Counted from the stretch's first letter, positions 1-9,621 are shown. The stretch is DNA of 64,000 nucleotides from Myxococcota bacterium (GCA_036229005.1 JAZAMN010000025.1:1-64000); one strand, 5' to 3'. Notes: generated by a model from the letters alone, not told the origin. Numbers and translations: made by a program.

Positions 1-1449
1 CGCCCCCAGCGCGCCGCCCCGCCGCCGCCCCCACCCAGCGCGTCTGCTTCAGCCGGTCCTCGTCGACCCCAGAGGGCTCCGGTTGCGGCGAGCCAGGACC
101 AGCCCAGGTCGGTGAGGAGGAGTGTGTCGGTGGCCCCACAGCCGCCCCCACCTCCTGCACCTGCAGCCCCCACACCACCCCGTCGCACCGCCCCCCCCAG
201 CGAGGACAGGCGATCCGCGGGCCGCTGGTCCAAGCCCACCGGGCGTCGGCGTCAGCGCAGCATGGAGGGGGAGGACCTCTCCTCGCCGACCACCACGGCG
301 GGCTTCCGGCTCTCCGCGCAGGAGCAGGCCGAGGTCTCGCAGCCGGCGGAGCGGCGTCCGCGGCGGGCACCTGGGGATCACCGACCCCGGCGGGCGGAGC
401 GCCCCAGCTTCGAGACCCCTGATATGGCCGCGGTCGAGCAGCGGGAGCCTCAGCGCGCGCACCCGCAGGAGGCCTTGGGTGAGCGCCAGGCGCCGCCCGA
501 GAAGGCCACGCGCAGCGCCTCGGATGTGATCGAGCAGATCCTGCAGGCCAGCTCCTCCGGGGACCGACCGGTGGAGGCCGCGCCGCCCCTGCGCACGCCT
601 GAGCCCGACCCCGCGCCGGCTTCGCTGGAGGAGGCCTTCGGCGTGCCGCGGCACGGCTTCGGGTTCGGAACCGGGCTGGAGGGGCCGCCCACTGGACCGC
701 TGCCGGACGACACCCACGACGCCATCGAGCGCACCCTGGACCCGGCCGCCGGGGTCTCCCACCGCGAGACCACGATGGAGCTGCCGGAGCGGGGGACCTC
801 GGGCGCGGCACACCACCCCCCGAGCCGGGACCGGGGCACCGAGCCCTTGCCGGTGGTGGAGGAGACCCCCGAGCGCACCGAGACCCCACCTCAGCCCCTG
901 CCGCTGACCCTGGGCACGCCGCTGAGGCCCCAGGGGCGCACGCCGGACCTGATCCCGCCCAGCCAGGGGGGAAAGGGGCGGGCCTTCCTGCTCAAGCGCG
1001 GGCTGGACGCCCGGCCCATCAAGACGCGCATCCCGCGGGCCTTCACCCTGGCGGAGGCGGTGAGCTTCCTGGTGGGGAACGTGGTGCCCGTGCGCCTGGA
1101 CCTGCAGGGGCGCCTGCTCTTTGGCTACCGCCTGGGGCCCGAGAGCGGCCCGGCGCCCGGCAGCACGCTGGTCTCGGACTTCGAGGAGGGGAGCGTGCTG
1201 GTGCTGCACCCCGTCCCCGCGGAGGAGGTCTGGGTGCAGGTCGAGGTCCGCTCGGGCACGCCGGCGCGCTTCCGGGTGCCGGTGAACCTGGCCATGAGCG
1301 CCGCGAGCGTGACCGACGCGCTGGCCGGGTGGATGCAGCTCCCCCCGGGACGCTGGGCGCTGCGCCATCAGGAGCGCGTGCTCTCCCCCCACCTGCTCCT
1401 GGCTGAGCTGGACCTGCGCGAGGAGCCGAGCCTGGTGCTTGCGCGATGA
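1..1449 (+). CDS. 5'-truncated Pro-rich low-complexity protein with two C-terminal ubiquitin-like (YukD/EsaB-type beta-grasp) domains
   Basis: Frame is open from base 1 with no stop before 112. C-terminal VWVQVEVRSGTPARFRVPVNLAMSAASVTDALAGWMQLPPGRWALRHQERVLSPHLLLAELDLREEPSLVL fits the YukD/EsaB pattern, and a similar weaker unit precedes it. ATGA overlap with the next gene. Confidence 0.6.
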   Translation, partial: RPQRAAPPPPPPSASASAGPRRPQRAPVAASQDQPRSVRRSVSVAPQPPPPPAPAAPTPPRRTAPPSEDRRSAGRWSKPTGRRRQRSMEGEDLSSPTTTAGFRLSAQEQAEVSQPAERRPRRAPGDHRPRRAERPSFETPDMAAVEQREPQRAHPQEALGERQAPPEKATRSASDVIEQILQASSSGDRPVEAAPPLRTPEPDPAPASLEEAFGVPRHGFGFGTGLEGPPTGPLPDDTHDAIERTLDPAAGVSHRETTMELPERGTSGAAHHPPSRDRGTEPLPVVEETPERTETPPQPLPLTLGTPLRPQGRTPDLIPPSQGGKGRAFLLKRGLDARPIKTRIPRAFTLAEAVSFLVGNVVPVRLDLQGRLLFGYRLGPESGPAPGSTLVSDFEEGSVLVLHPVPAEEVWVQVEVRSGTPARFRVPVNLAMSAASVTDALAGWMQLPPGRWALRHQERVLSPHLLLAELDLREEPSLVLAR

Positions 1450-3086
1450 GCAGTCGGGAACGCTGGGACGTGGTCCTCTACTTCGCGGAGGGCCCGATGA
1501 GCCTCCGCGGGGACATCGTGTGCCGCGGGCCCGTGGTGCGCATGGGGGCCAACCCGGGACCGGGCGGCCTCAAGATCGAGGGCTACCGGGGCCTGGATGA
1601 CCGCCAGGCGGTGATCTCGGCCTATGACGGGGCGACCGTGTCCATCGCGCCGGTGGGCAGCAACCAGGTGCGCGTGAGCCCGCACCCCCACGTGGACTGG
1701 CGGGAGATCCAGCCCATCCGGGGACCCCAGTACCTGACCCCCGAGAGCGCCTTCCACCTGGGGCCGCCAGGGCGTGGCTGCACGGTGTGGTTCGTGGAGG
1801 CCCGCAAGCTGGGCGACTGGGAGCAGGCGCGGGTGCTCTCCGACGCGGCGGATGTGAACCCGGACGTCCAGCCCTCCGAGGTGCGGGAGCTCAAGAGCTC
1901 CAAGTGGCCGGTGTGGTTCGTGCCCTCGCTGGTGGTGATGGCGATGCTGATCTCGGTGGCCCTGGTGGCGCCCTGGTTCGGCCAGCTCATCGCGCCGCCC
2001 AAGCTGCTGGGCCCGGTGGACGAGGGCGTGGAGTACATCCAGGAGCCCCTGGACCTGGCGCTGGGCACCCAGGTCGACCTGGAGCTGTACCAGGGCTTCG
2101 AGCAGCCCTGGGTGGAGTTCGTGGTGATCCCCAACATGGAGGTCTCCGGCGACACCGACCTGCAGGACCCCGAGAACTTCGACCAGCGCCTGCTCAAGTT
2201 CAGCGCGGGCTACGCCAAGCAGATCGCGTCCGGCCAGAGCTTCTGGAAGCGCCTGGACGACATCCGCTACGACTACGCCGAGGTCGTGAAGATGCTGCGG
2301 GACGAGAAGATGCCCGAGGCCTTCGCCGGCGTGCCCTATGTCGAGTCGGTGTATCGACCGGACCCGGTCTCGCCGGTGTGCGCGGCGGGCTGGTGGCAGT
2401 TCATGCCCGAGGTCGGAAACCGCCTGGATCTGCGCATCGAGCAGTGCACCCTGCGGGGCAGCGCCGAGCGCTGGCAGCCCACCGCCATCGTGCCGCCCAA
2501 GGGCATCCTCAAGACCGCCCGCTACATCAACCGCAGCGACGCGAACTGTGGGCTGGGGGGCACCGGGCGGCCTGACCGCAACTGCTGCCTGATCAGCGCC
2601 TGCGAGGTCGACGAGCGCGAGGACCTGGCCAAGTCCACCCGGGCGGCCATCGGGCTCTTCTCCGAGGCCTGGAACGCGCCGCTGGCCCGGGACTCGGGCG
2701 CCGCCGTGCAGATCGCCATCGCGGCCCACAACGCGGGCTGGGACAACGAGGCCATCGACGGCAACCGCAAGCCCCGCAACCTGCGGCCCGCCTACGAGCG
2801 CTGGCTGGATCGGCAGGGCCTGGACCGGGACCCGAGCTTTGTGGGGGAACAGATCCGCTGCGAGGGAAACGACTTCCGCGACAGCGACTCCTGCGGCGCG
2901 GTGCTGCACCAGCACACCCAGCACTACACCTACAAGGCCCTTGCCATCCACTTCCTGGCCGTCTGCTACTACGCCACCAACTACCCGGATGACCCCGTGT
3001 TCGCGGACTGGAAGGGCTTCACCGGTCGGGAGGGCTACTGCCGCCAGATCGACGTGCCCACCCGCGAGAAGGTCCAGAGCTGGTGA
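1446..3086 (+). CDS. Degenerate FHA domain + transmembrane helix + MltD/SLT-type lytic transglycosylase
   Basis: SLT motifs PYVES (catalytic Glu), AAGWWQFMP, VDER and AAHNAG. TM segment VWFVPSLVVMAMLISVALVAPWF. N-terminal FHA-like beta pattern (VVRMG...DDRQAVI...GSNQV...AFHLG). Confidence 0.75.
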   Translation: MSSRERWDVVLYFAEGPMSLRGDIVCRGPVVRMGANPGPGGLKIEGYRGLDDRQAVISAYDGATVSIAPVGSNQVRVSPHPHVDWREIQPIRGPQYLTPESAFHLGPPGRGCTVWFVEARKLGDWEQARVLSDAADVNPDVQPSEVRELKSSKWPVWFVPSLVVMAMLISVALVAPWFGQLIAPPKLLGPVDEGVEYIQEPLDLALGTQVDLELYQGFEQPWVEFVVIPNMEVSGDTDLQDPENFDQRLLKFSAGYAKQIASGQSFWKRLDDIRYDYAEVVKMLRDEKMPEAFAGVPYVESVYRPDPVSPVCAAGWWQFMPEVGNRLDLRIEQCTLRGSAERWQPTAIVPPKGILKTARYINRSDANCGLGGTGRPDRNCCLISACEVDEREDLAKSTRAAIGLFSEAWNAPLARDSGAAVQIAIAAHNAGWDNEAIDGNRKPRNLRPAYERWLDRQGLDRDPSFVGEQIRCEGNDFRDSDSCGAVLHQHTQHYTYKALAIHFLAVCYYATNYPDDPVFADWKGFTGREGYCRQIDVPTREKVQSW

Positions 3087-3826
3087 GGAATCGACTCTGG
3101 GCGGTGCTGGGCTTCTCTCTGGGGCTCATCGGGCTGAACGGCTACCTGCTGCATCAGGAGGAGGAGGTCTACTTCTCCCACATGGCGGCGCAGGACAAGG
3201 AGGCCGAGGTGCTGCTGTCCCGGGCCACCGACCCGCTTGGGGACCGCTACCAGACGGACAAGACCCAGCGCGAGGAGGACTTCAAGGCCTGGGGCCTGGA
3301 CGAGACCCAGGTCGCCATGACCATGAAGACCCTGCGGGGCATCGACGGGCAGCACCAGAAGCGCATCAGCGCGTGGTTCACCAACCCCAGCGAGCCCGAC
3401 GACCTGCGCGAGTACCTCTGCGGCGACGGCGGCAAGAAGCCCCGCTACTGGGGCATGGCCCTGCTGGTGGTGACCGACAGCTCGGGGGAGCGCCGGCGGG
3501 TCCTGGATCCCGGGCGCACCTCGGAGCTCGAGGAGCAGGAGTGGTCCGTGCGCGCGCCCATCGACCGGGTCTACTCCCAGGTGGAGCTGGACCTGGAGCG
3601 CAAGGACGACGCCACCCGGATGGGGGTCGCGGCCATCATGGGCGGCCACGAGAACCTGGTGCTGGAGCGCACCAAGCCCTTCGGCTCGGGGTTGGTCGGC
3701 GGGTGGTCCTGGTCGGGCGCCATGGCCCTCTCCGCGGGGCTGGAGGACCGGGTGCTCACGTACTTTGCGCTCCTGCACCTGGTGCTGGAGGAGGCCTGGA
3801 GCGAGGGCGGCTTCTGCCACCAGTGA
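3083..3826 (+). CDS. Hypothetical protein with N-terminal membrane anchor
   Basis: GTGA overlap with the upstream gene, high GC3, hydrophobic N-terminus RNRLWAVLGFSLGLIGLNGYLL. Confidence 0.7.
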   Translation: MRNRLWAVLGFSLGLIGLNGYLLHQEEEVYFSHMAAQDKEAEVLLSRATDPLGDRYQTDKTQREEDFKAWGLDETQVAMTMKTLRGIDGQHQKRISAWFTNPSEPDDLREYLCGDGGKKPRYWGMALLVVTDSSGERRRVLDPGRTSELEEQEWSVRAPIDRVYSQVELDLERKDDATRMGVAAIMGGHENLVLERTKPFGSGLVGGWSWSGAMALSAGLEDRVLTYFALLHLVLEEAWSEGGFCHQ

Positions 3827-3837
3827 TGGCCGCGGCG

Positions 3838-3843
3838 TATACT
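3838..3843 (+). promoter_or_regulatory. Putative sigma70-type -10 hexamer TATACT upstream of the kinase
   Basis: TANNNT match in the 34-bp gap before ATG 3861; TA-containing hexamers are rare in this GC-rich DNA. Confidence 0.4.
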
Positions 3844-3860
3844 CCCGCGCAGTCTCGGAG

Positions 3861-6080
3861 ATGCACCCCTTGAAGGCCCGCCGCCGCTTCCGCTTCATCA
3901 AGGAGCTGGCCTCTGGAGGCTTCGGCAAGGTCTACCTGGCCGAGGTCACCACGGCCGAAGGCTTCTCGTCGGTGGTCGCCATCAAGGTGCTCCACGGCAA
4001 GTGGTCCGCGCACACCGAGATCGTCAAGCGGGCCCGCGACGAGGCCCGCCTGCTGGGGCGCCTCCGCCACCGCAACATCGTGCGCGTCGAGGACCTCACC
4101 TCCATCCAGGGCCAGGCCGCCATCGTCATGGAGTACCTGGAGGGGGTCGACTTCAAGACCCTGGTCAACCACCTGGTCAAGCGGGGCGACCGGGTCGCTC
4201 TGCGCACGGCCTTCGAGGCGGTCGGGGCGGTCGCAGGCGCGCTGTGGGCCGCCTGGGAGCAGGTCCCGCTGCAGGGCGGCGAGCCCCTGCGCCTGATCCA
4301 CCGCGACGTGAAGCCCTCCAACATCATGTTGACGGTCGAAGGGGACGTGAAGCTCCTGGACTTCGGCACCGCCCGCGGCAACTTCGAGAACCGCGAAGCG
4401 CACACCCAGGCCCTGGCCTTCGGGTCGCAGGCCTACATGCCCCCCGAGCGCATGATGGGCGAGCCGGACACCCCCGCGGGGGACGTCTTCTCCCTGGGCG
4501 TGACCGCCTTCGAGGTCCTGGCGGGCGGGGCCTTCGGCAAGCTCTACCTGCGCGAGGAGCGCTACGAGCAGGCTCTGGACGAGCGCCTGGGCAGCCTGAA
4601 CCTTGGGGAGCTGGATCCCGAGCTCGCCCGCCGGGTCACGGGCACTCTGCGCGCCATGCTGGCCTACGAACCCACCCACCGGCCCAGCGCGCAGCAGGTC
4701 GTGGAGATCATGGAGATCCTGGCCGACGAGTCCCGGGACGCCGGGCCCCGCCGCTTCGCCCGCACCTGGGTCAAGTCCGCCATGGAGGAGCTCAAGCACA
4801 CGCCGGAGGGCCCCACCCTCGAGGGCCAGTCCCTGGCCGAAGACCGCGCGACCGGCAGCTTCAGCCCCAGCAGCGCGCCCGCGCTCGGTGACGCGCCCCC
4901 CACCTCCTTCGCCGAGGAGGCCCCCGATCCGCTGACGCCGATGATCCCGCCGCCCCCGCCGCTTGAGGAGGCCCGCACCTACTACCCGGGTGACGACGAG
5001 CCGCCTCTGGTCGCAGGCGCCGAGCTCCCTGTGGGGCCTCCGCTGGCCGCGCCGCCTCGGGAGGGCCGTCCGTCCGGTCGCCCGGTGACCCTGCCCCCGC
5101 TGGATCAGCTCCCGCGGGACCCGGTGGGGCGGGACCTGGACAAGGTGGAGACGGTCCTGGATCCCGAGGCCGCCCGGCGGGCCTTCGAGCCTCAAGAGCA
5201 GGCCGCGACCCAGCGCCTGGATCCACCGCCCCCGCTGGCCCCCCCGAGCCTGGACGATCCCGACGCCACCCGGCAACGTCCAGGCTGGCGGCCGGCGCCG
5301 CCCACCGCTGCGCTCCCGCCTCCGCCCAACAGCGCGCCCCGCGTGAGCAAGCCGCCCACTGTAGCCCCCGCCGTCTCCCTCCCCAGCGTCCCCAGCGGGG
5401 AGCTTCAGCCGGTGGACGAGGGGCTGCTGGGCCCTACAGAGCGGATGCCCGTCACCCCTCTGGCTGGGGATCCCCCTCCGCCACCCCCGTCGCTCCCTGG
5501 CAAAGACGAGGCCACACTTCCGCGGCAGGAGTTCCAGGCGGCCGAGGCTGCGGAGCCGGCCCGGGCTACCTCGCCGGAGCCGCCCAGTGCTGATCTGCGC
5601 CCGACGCCTTCCGGGTCTGGTGGTGGAGCCGGGCGCATGCTGGCGGTCCTGGCCGCTGCCTTCCTGCTGACCGTGATCGTGGCCGGCGGGCTGGGGTTCT
5701 GGTGGGTGCAGCAGCAGAAGCAGGCGCCGGTGCAGACGCCGCCGACCACGGATGTCGCGGGGACCGAGACCCCCACCACGCCCGACCCGCCGCCCGAAGT
5801 GGACCTGAGCGCGGCGCCCGCCAAGGGCACGGGGCACCTCAAGCTGGAGCTGCCTGCCAGCGGCGCGGGGACCTTGACCCTCTCCGGTATGGGTTACAAG
5901 CAGGAGGTCCCGGGGCAGGCGCTGGTCGCGCTGGCCGACGTGCCCAAGGGAACGCTGCGCACCAAGCTGCGTGGCGGCGACAACTCGCACCGCGGCACCT
6001 TGGACGTGGAAGAGGGCAAGACCTGCACGTGGAAGCTCCCCGATCTGGACAGCGAGTGGCAGCGGGTGGGCTGCGACTGA
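3861..6080 (+). CDS. Hanks-type membrane Ser/Thr protein kinase with Pro-rich linker, TM helix and small PEGA-like exported domain
   Basis: LASGGFGKV, VAIK, HRDVKPSN, DFG, YMPPE and DVFSLG motifs all intact; TM LAVLAAAFLLTVIVAGGLGFWW. Confidence 0.93.
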   Translation: MHPLKARRRFRFIKELASGGFGKVYLAEVTTAEGFSSVVAIKVLHGKWSAHTEIVKRARDEARLLGRLRHRNIVRVEDLTSIQGQAAIVMEYLEGVDFKTLVNHLVKRGDRVALRTAFEAVGAVAGALWAAWEQVPLQGGEPLRLIHRDVKPSNIMLTVEGDVKLLDFGTARGNFENREAHTQALAFGSQAYMPPERMMGEPDTPAGDVFSLGVTAFEVLAGGAFGKLYLREERYEQALDERLGSLNLGELDPELARRVTGTLRAMLAYEPTHRPSAQQVVEIMEILADESRDAGPRRFARTWVKSAMEELKHTPEGPTLEGQSLAEDRATGSFSPSSAPALGDAPPTSFAEEAPDPLTPMIPPPPPLEEARTYYPGDDEPPLVAGAELPVGPPLAAPPREGRPSGRPVTLPPLDQLPRDPVGRDLDKVETVLDPEAARRAFEPQEQAATQRLDPPPPLAPPSLDDPDATRQRPGWRPAPPTAALPPPPNSAPRVSKPPTVAPAVSLPSVPSGELQPVDEGLLGPTERMPVTPLAGDPPPPPPSLPGKDEATLPRQEFQAAEAAEPARATSPEPPSADLRPTPSGSGGGAGRMLAVLAAAFLLTVIVAGGLGFWWVQQQKQAPVQTPPTTDVAGTETPTTPDPPPEVDLSAAPAKGTGHLKLELPASGAGTLTLSGMGYKQEVPGQALVALADVPKGTLRTKLRGGDNSHRGTLDVEEGKTCTWKLPDLDSEWQRVGCD

Positions 6081-6973
6081 CCCTGCTCCTGCTGCTCCCG
6101 GCTCCGGCCTGGGCAGGGGACTTCGAGGCCGAGCTTGGCCTGGCGCGCGCGGCGGTCCTGGAGGGGGACGCCAAGGCCGCGGACAAGCACGTGGACGCCG
6201 CGCGGGACGCGGTGGAGAGCACCCAGACGGTGATCCTGGCGGATCAGGCGGCCAGTCCCAGCTTCTACCGGGGCGTGTTGGCCTTCCAGGCGGGGGACAG
6301 CGACGCGGCGATGGACCACTGGCGCCGCACCCTGACCATCGCGCCGCGCTTTGTGGTGGACGTGGAGCTGCTCCCGCAGGAGGACGGACAGGACCTCTTC
6401 GAGGCGCTGCGCTCCGAGATGCAGCAGGCCCCCATGTCGCCCCCGGGGGTGGACGACGAGGCGGTGGGCGTGCGCGTCTACGTCTCCGGGCAGCTCATGC
6501 ACAGCTACGATCTGGTCTACCAGGGCGAGCAGCTCGTGCAGGTCCTGTGCCCCGACGATGCCCTGCATAGCTGGTGGCACGTCTATGGCGACGCGCCCGA
6601 CTACGCGGCGGCCTGCGCGCTCCCGCGGCAGAGCCTGAGCGTCCGGGGGCAGGACCCCGCGGACACACCGGCCCTGAGCGCGGATCGCGACGGGAGCCTG
6701 CTGCCCTACGCGCTGCTGGGAGGCGGCGCGCTGCTCGTGGCGGGAGGGGCGACCGCGCAGCTCGCCCTGGCGCGCCCGGCCTATGCCCAGGTGGAGGCCG
6801 CCCGGGCCGCGCCGGACACGGTGAGCCGGGAGCAGGCAGACCAGCTCAGTGCGGACTTCAACCGGGCCCGCTGGGCCGCTCTGGGGCTCTACGCCGCTGG
6901 CGGTGTGGTGATCGGCAGCACGCTGGTGGTCGGCGTGGATGGCCAGGGCGTCGTGCTCCAGGGGAGCTTCTGA
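6056..6973 (+). CDS. Exported TPR-like protein with C-terminal hydrophobic hairpin
   Basis: Signal-like LRLTLLLLLPAPAWA; TPR-like FYRGVLAFQAGDSDAAMDHWRRTLTIAP; two Gly-rich hydrophobic C-terminal segments. GTG start is uncertain. Confidence 0.6.
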   Translation: MAAGGLRLTLLLLLPAPAWAGDFEAELGLARAAVLEGDAKAADKHVDAARDAVESTQTVILADQAASPSFYRGVLAFQAGDSDAAMDHWRRTLTIAPRFVVDVELLPQEDGQDLFEALRSEMQQAPMSPPGVDDEAVGVRVYVSGQLMHSYDLVYQGEQLVQVLCPDDALHSWWHVYGDAPDYAAACALPRQSLSVRGQDPADTPALSADRDGSLLPYALLGGGALLVAGGATAQLALARPAYAQVEAARAAPDTVSREQADQLSADFNRARWAALGLYAAGGVVIGSTLVVGVDGQGVVLQGSF

Positions 6974-8193
6974 TGGGCGAGCAGCAGGTCCCCGAGGCGC
7001 TCCGGGCCGTGGTCCAGTCCGCGCTGGAGCGGCAGGAGGTCGCCGACTGGGAGGGCGCCGCGCGCGCCTGGCGTTCGCTGCAGGAGGGCGCCGCCGAGCG
7101 GGGCCACGAGGCGCTGGAGCTGGACGCCTGGGTGCGCCTGGCGGACGTGCTCCGGCGCGCCGACCGGCCCCGGGAGGCCCTGGACGCGCTGGAGCAGGCG
7201 CTGGCCCGGCACCCGGATGAGATCCAGACCCAGCTCCTGCGCATCCAGACCGCCGCGCTGCTGCTGGACACCGGCTCGCTGGAGCAGGCCGAGGCCCGCG
7301 CGCGGAGCTGCGTCGCGGCGTCCCAGGGCCCTCTGCAGGCCATGGCGCTGGACTCGCTGGCCGCCGCGCTGGCCACCCGCGGGGACCGCCTGGCGCTGGC
7401 CGAGGTCGTGCGGGAGCTTGAGTCCATCGGGCAGGGGCCCGCTGCGCTGGCCGGGCGCTTCCGCCGGGCGCGCCTGGACCGCCTGGAGGGCCACCTGGCC
7501 GAGGCCGAGCAGGGGCTGGCCAGCATCGCGGACGCCCTGGACGGGGTGGAGGGGGCCGCCGGTGCTTCGGGCGCCGCGCTCACCCAGCTCGCCCAGCTCG
7601 CGCTGCTGCGCGGCGCCTTCGCCGACACCGAGCTGCTGCTGGCCGCCGCCGAGAAGGCCTGGACCCAGGCCGGGCGGGACGTCGGCAACATGGAGGTCCT
7701 GGCCCTGCGCGCCGAGCTGGCCGTGGAGCGGGGGGCGCTGACCTTCCTGCCGGGCTGGCTGGACACCGCCGTCCGCTACGCAGAGGAGCGGGGCCTGGTG
7801 CTGCTGGAGGCCCGCCTGCGCCGGGTGCGCGGCCTCTGTCGCCTTCGAGCGGGCTCCAAGGCCGGGCACGCCGATCTGGACGCCTCGCTGCTGCTGGCCT
7901 CCCAGGCGGGCGCCCCATTCCTGGCCGGCCGCACCCGCCTGGAGCGCGCCCGTGAGGGCCTGGGACCGGGCGGCCGCGAGGCCAGCATCGGCGAGCTGGA
8001 GCGGGCGCTGGACGAGCTCACGGGCGACCGCATCTGGGCCGCCCGCGCGCGCATCTCCCTGGCCCAGGCCCTGAACGAGGCGGGCGAGCGGGGGCAGGCC
8101 ATCGAGCACGCCACCGCCGCGCTGGCCGCCTTCACCGCGGCGGGCCTGGACCGCGACGAGGCCACCGCCCGCGCCTTCCTCGAGGCGCGGTAG
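6973..8193 (+). CDS. Cytoplasmic TPR/helical-repeat protein
   Basis: TGATG overlap with the upstream gene; repeated A/L/E-rich TPR-like units such as LADVLRRADRPREALDALEQAL and LAQALNEAGERGQAIEHATAAL. Confidence 0.7.
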   Translation: MGEQQVPEALRAVVQSALERQEVADWEGAARAWRSLQEGAAERGHEALELDAWVRLADVLRRADRPREALDALEQALARHPDEIQTQLLRIQTAALLLDTGSLEQAEARARSCVAASQGPLQAMALDSLAAALATRGDRLALAEVVRELESIGQGPAALAGRFRRARLDRLEGHLAEAEQGLASIADALDGVEGAAGASGAALTQLAQLALLRGAFADTELLLAAAEKAWTQAGRDVGNMEVLALRAELAVERGALTFLPGWLDTAVRYAEERGLVLLEARLRRVRGLCRLRAGSKAGHADLDASLLLASQAGAPFLAGRTRLERAREGLGPGGREASIGELERALDELTGDRIWAARARISLAQALNEAGERGQAIEHATAALAAFTAAGLDRDEATARAFLEAR

Positions 8194-8208
8194 CCCCAAG
8201 CACCCGGC

Positions 8209-9621
8209 CTACTGGTCCGGCAGCTTCTCGGAGGCCGCGAACACCAGCGCGCTGTACCGGTTCAGGGCGCCGCGCTCCACCAGGGTGCCCCAGTCGCGGG
8301 TGCCCTCGGCGGCGATGGCCTGCTGGACGTGCTCGCTGCCCTGGTTGTAGCCGGCCAGCGCCAGCCCCCAGTCCCCGAACTCGCCGTAGAGGTCTGAGAG
8401 CAGCGCCGCGGCCGCCTGGGTCTCGAGCTGCGGCTCCAGGCGCTCGTCCACCTGGGAGTCCACCCGCAGGCCGTAGCTGCGCGCCGTGGTCGGGATGAAC
8501 ATCCACAGCCCCTTGCCGGGGACCCCGGGCGCAGCCGAGTTGCCCTGCACGCCCGCGCCCAGGTTCTCGTACCCGGACTCGATCAGGGGGACCGCCGCCA
8601 GCTCCGGGGGCAGCCCCCAGGCCTCCAGCTCCGCGTGCACCATCGGCGCCCACTGGGGGTAGCGCTCCAGCCCTCGGGCCACGAAGTCGGCCAGGTCGCC
8701 CTCCATCCGGGCCCGCGCCGCGTCGGTCACCGCGTGCTCCGGCACCTGGAAGGCCGCCCGCTCCTGCACCTGGGGCAGGCGGGCCTGCCCCGCGTAGGCC
8801 ACCCCCAGCGTGCCCATAGAGCACAGCAGGCCCAGGGCCAGCAGGGGGAGGCGGGATCCAGCGTTCTTGTTCTTCTTCAGCATCAGCAGTCGTCGCTCCA
8901 GCAAGGTGGGGGTGTGCAGGCCGACCGCCACCAGCGGGCGCGCTCCGCGAGCCGCCTCCAGCAGGGCCCGGCCATAGGGGATCGGGGCCGTGTTCCGCGC
9001 CAGCAGGGCGGCGTCTACCGCAAGCTCCTCCAGATCGCGCAGGCCACGGGTCAGCAGGTGTACCGCCGGGTTCGGGAAGCACAGGGCCTTGAGCCCCAGC
9101 AGCGCCCAGGCCCAGATGGGGTCGCCCTGCCGCAGGTGTTGGAGCTCATGCCGCAGCGCCAGCCTCGAGTCTCCGCCGCCCAGCGCGACCACGGGCATCC
9201 CCGGGAGCCACGCCGACCACGCCGCCCGGTCCTGGACCACCCAGACGCCCCGGATCCGCCTGCCCGGCAGCCCATCCACACGGCGCTTGAGACCCAGCCC
9301 CGCCAAGGCCACGGCGCCCACGACCCCCAGTCCCAGCGGCCACACCGGGAGGCGGGGGAGGGAGGGGACCCGGCGTACTGCGGCTTGTGGGCCCACCACC
9401 GGGCCTGTGGACTGCGCCCTGGTCACCTCGCTGGGGGAGGGTGCAGGCGAGGACAGGCTGGGGGGCTCCCAGCTCCAGGCGGTGGGGGCGATGAGCGCGA
9501 GCACCAAGAGCCCTCGTCCCACAGTCAGCGCCAGGCGCGGCCGGGCGCTCCGAGCCAGGAGCTGGACGCCGATGGCCGCCGGAACCAGGCAGATCTGCAG
9601 CAGCAGCCACGCGCGCAGCAT
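8209..9621 (-). CDS. BlaR1-like M56 metallopeptidase fused to an MltD/SLT lytic transglycosylase
   Basis: M56 motifs LRHELQHLRQGD, FPNP, EELAVD, YGRALL, LERRL; SLT motifs PLIESGY, GLWMFIPTTARSYGL, DER, FGDWGLALAGYNQG. Start ATG 9621 overlaps the BlaI-family stop (TGATG). Confidence 0.88.
   Translation of the reverse strand: MLRAWLLLQICLVPAAIGVQLLARSARPRLALTVGRGLLVLALIAPTAWSWEPPSLSSPAPSPSEVTRAQSTGPVVGPQAAVRRVPSLPRLPVWPLGLGVVGAVALAGLGLKRRVDGLPGRRIRGVWVVQDRAAWSAWLPGMPVVALGGGDSRLALRHELQHLRQGDPIWAWALLGLKALCFPNPAVHLLTRGLRDLEELAVDAALLARNTAPIPYGRALLEAARGARPLVAVGLHTPTLLERRLLMLKKNKNAGSRLPLLALGLLCSMGTLGVAYAGQARLPQVQERAAFQVPEHAVTDAARARMEGDLADFVARGLERYPQWAPMVHAELEAWGLPPELAAVPLIESGYENLGAGVQGNSAAPGVPGKGLWMFIPTTARSYGLRVDSQVDERLEPQLETQAAAALLSDLYGEFGDWGLALAGYNQGSEHVQQAIAAEGTRDWGTLVERGALNRYSALVFAASEKLPDQ

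Noticed and set aside
1..3826. Calling the Ubl-FHA locus a type VII secretion system or a ubiquitin conjugation system
   Set aside because: No FtsK/EssC ATPase, WXG100, E1/E2 or JAB genes in the window, and the Ubl lacks a C-terminal Gly-Gly.
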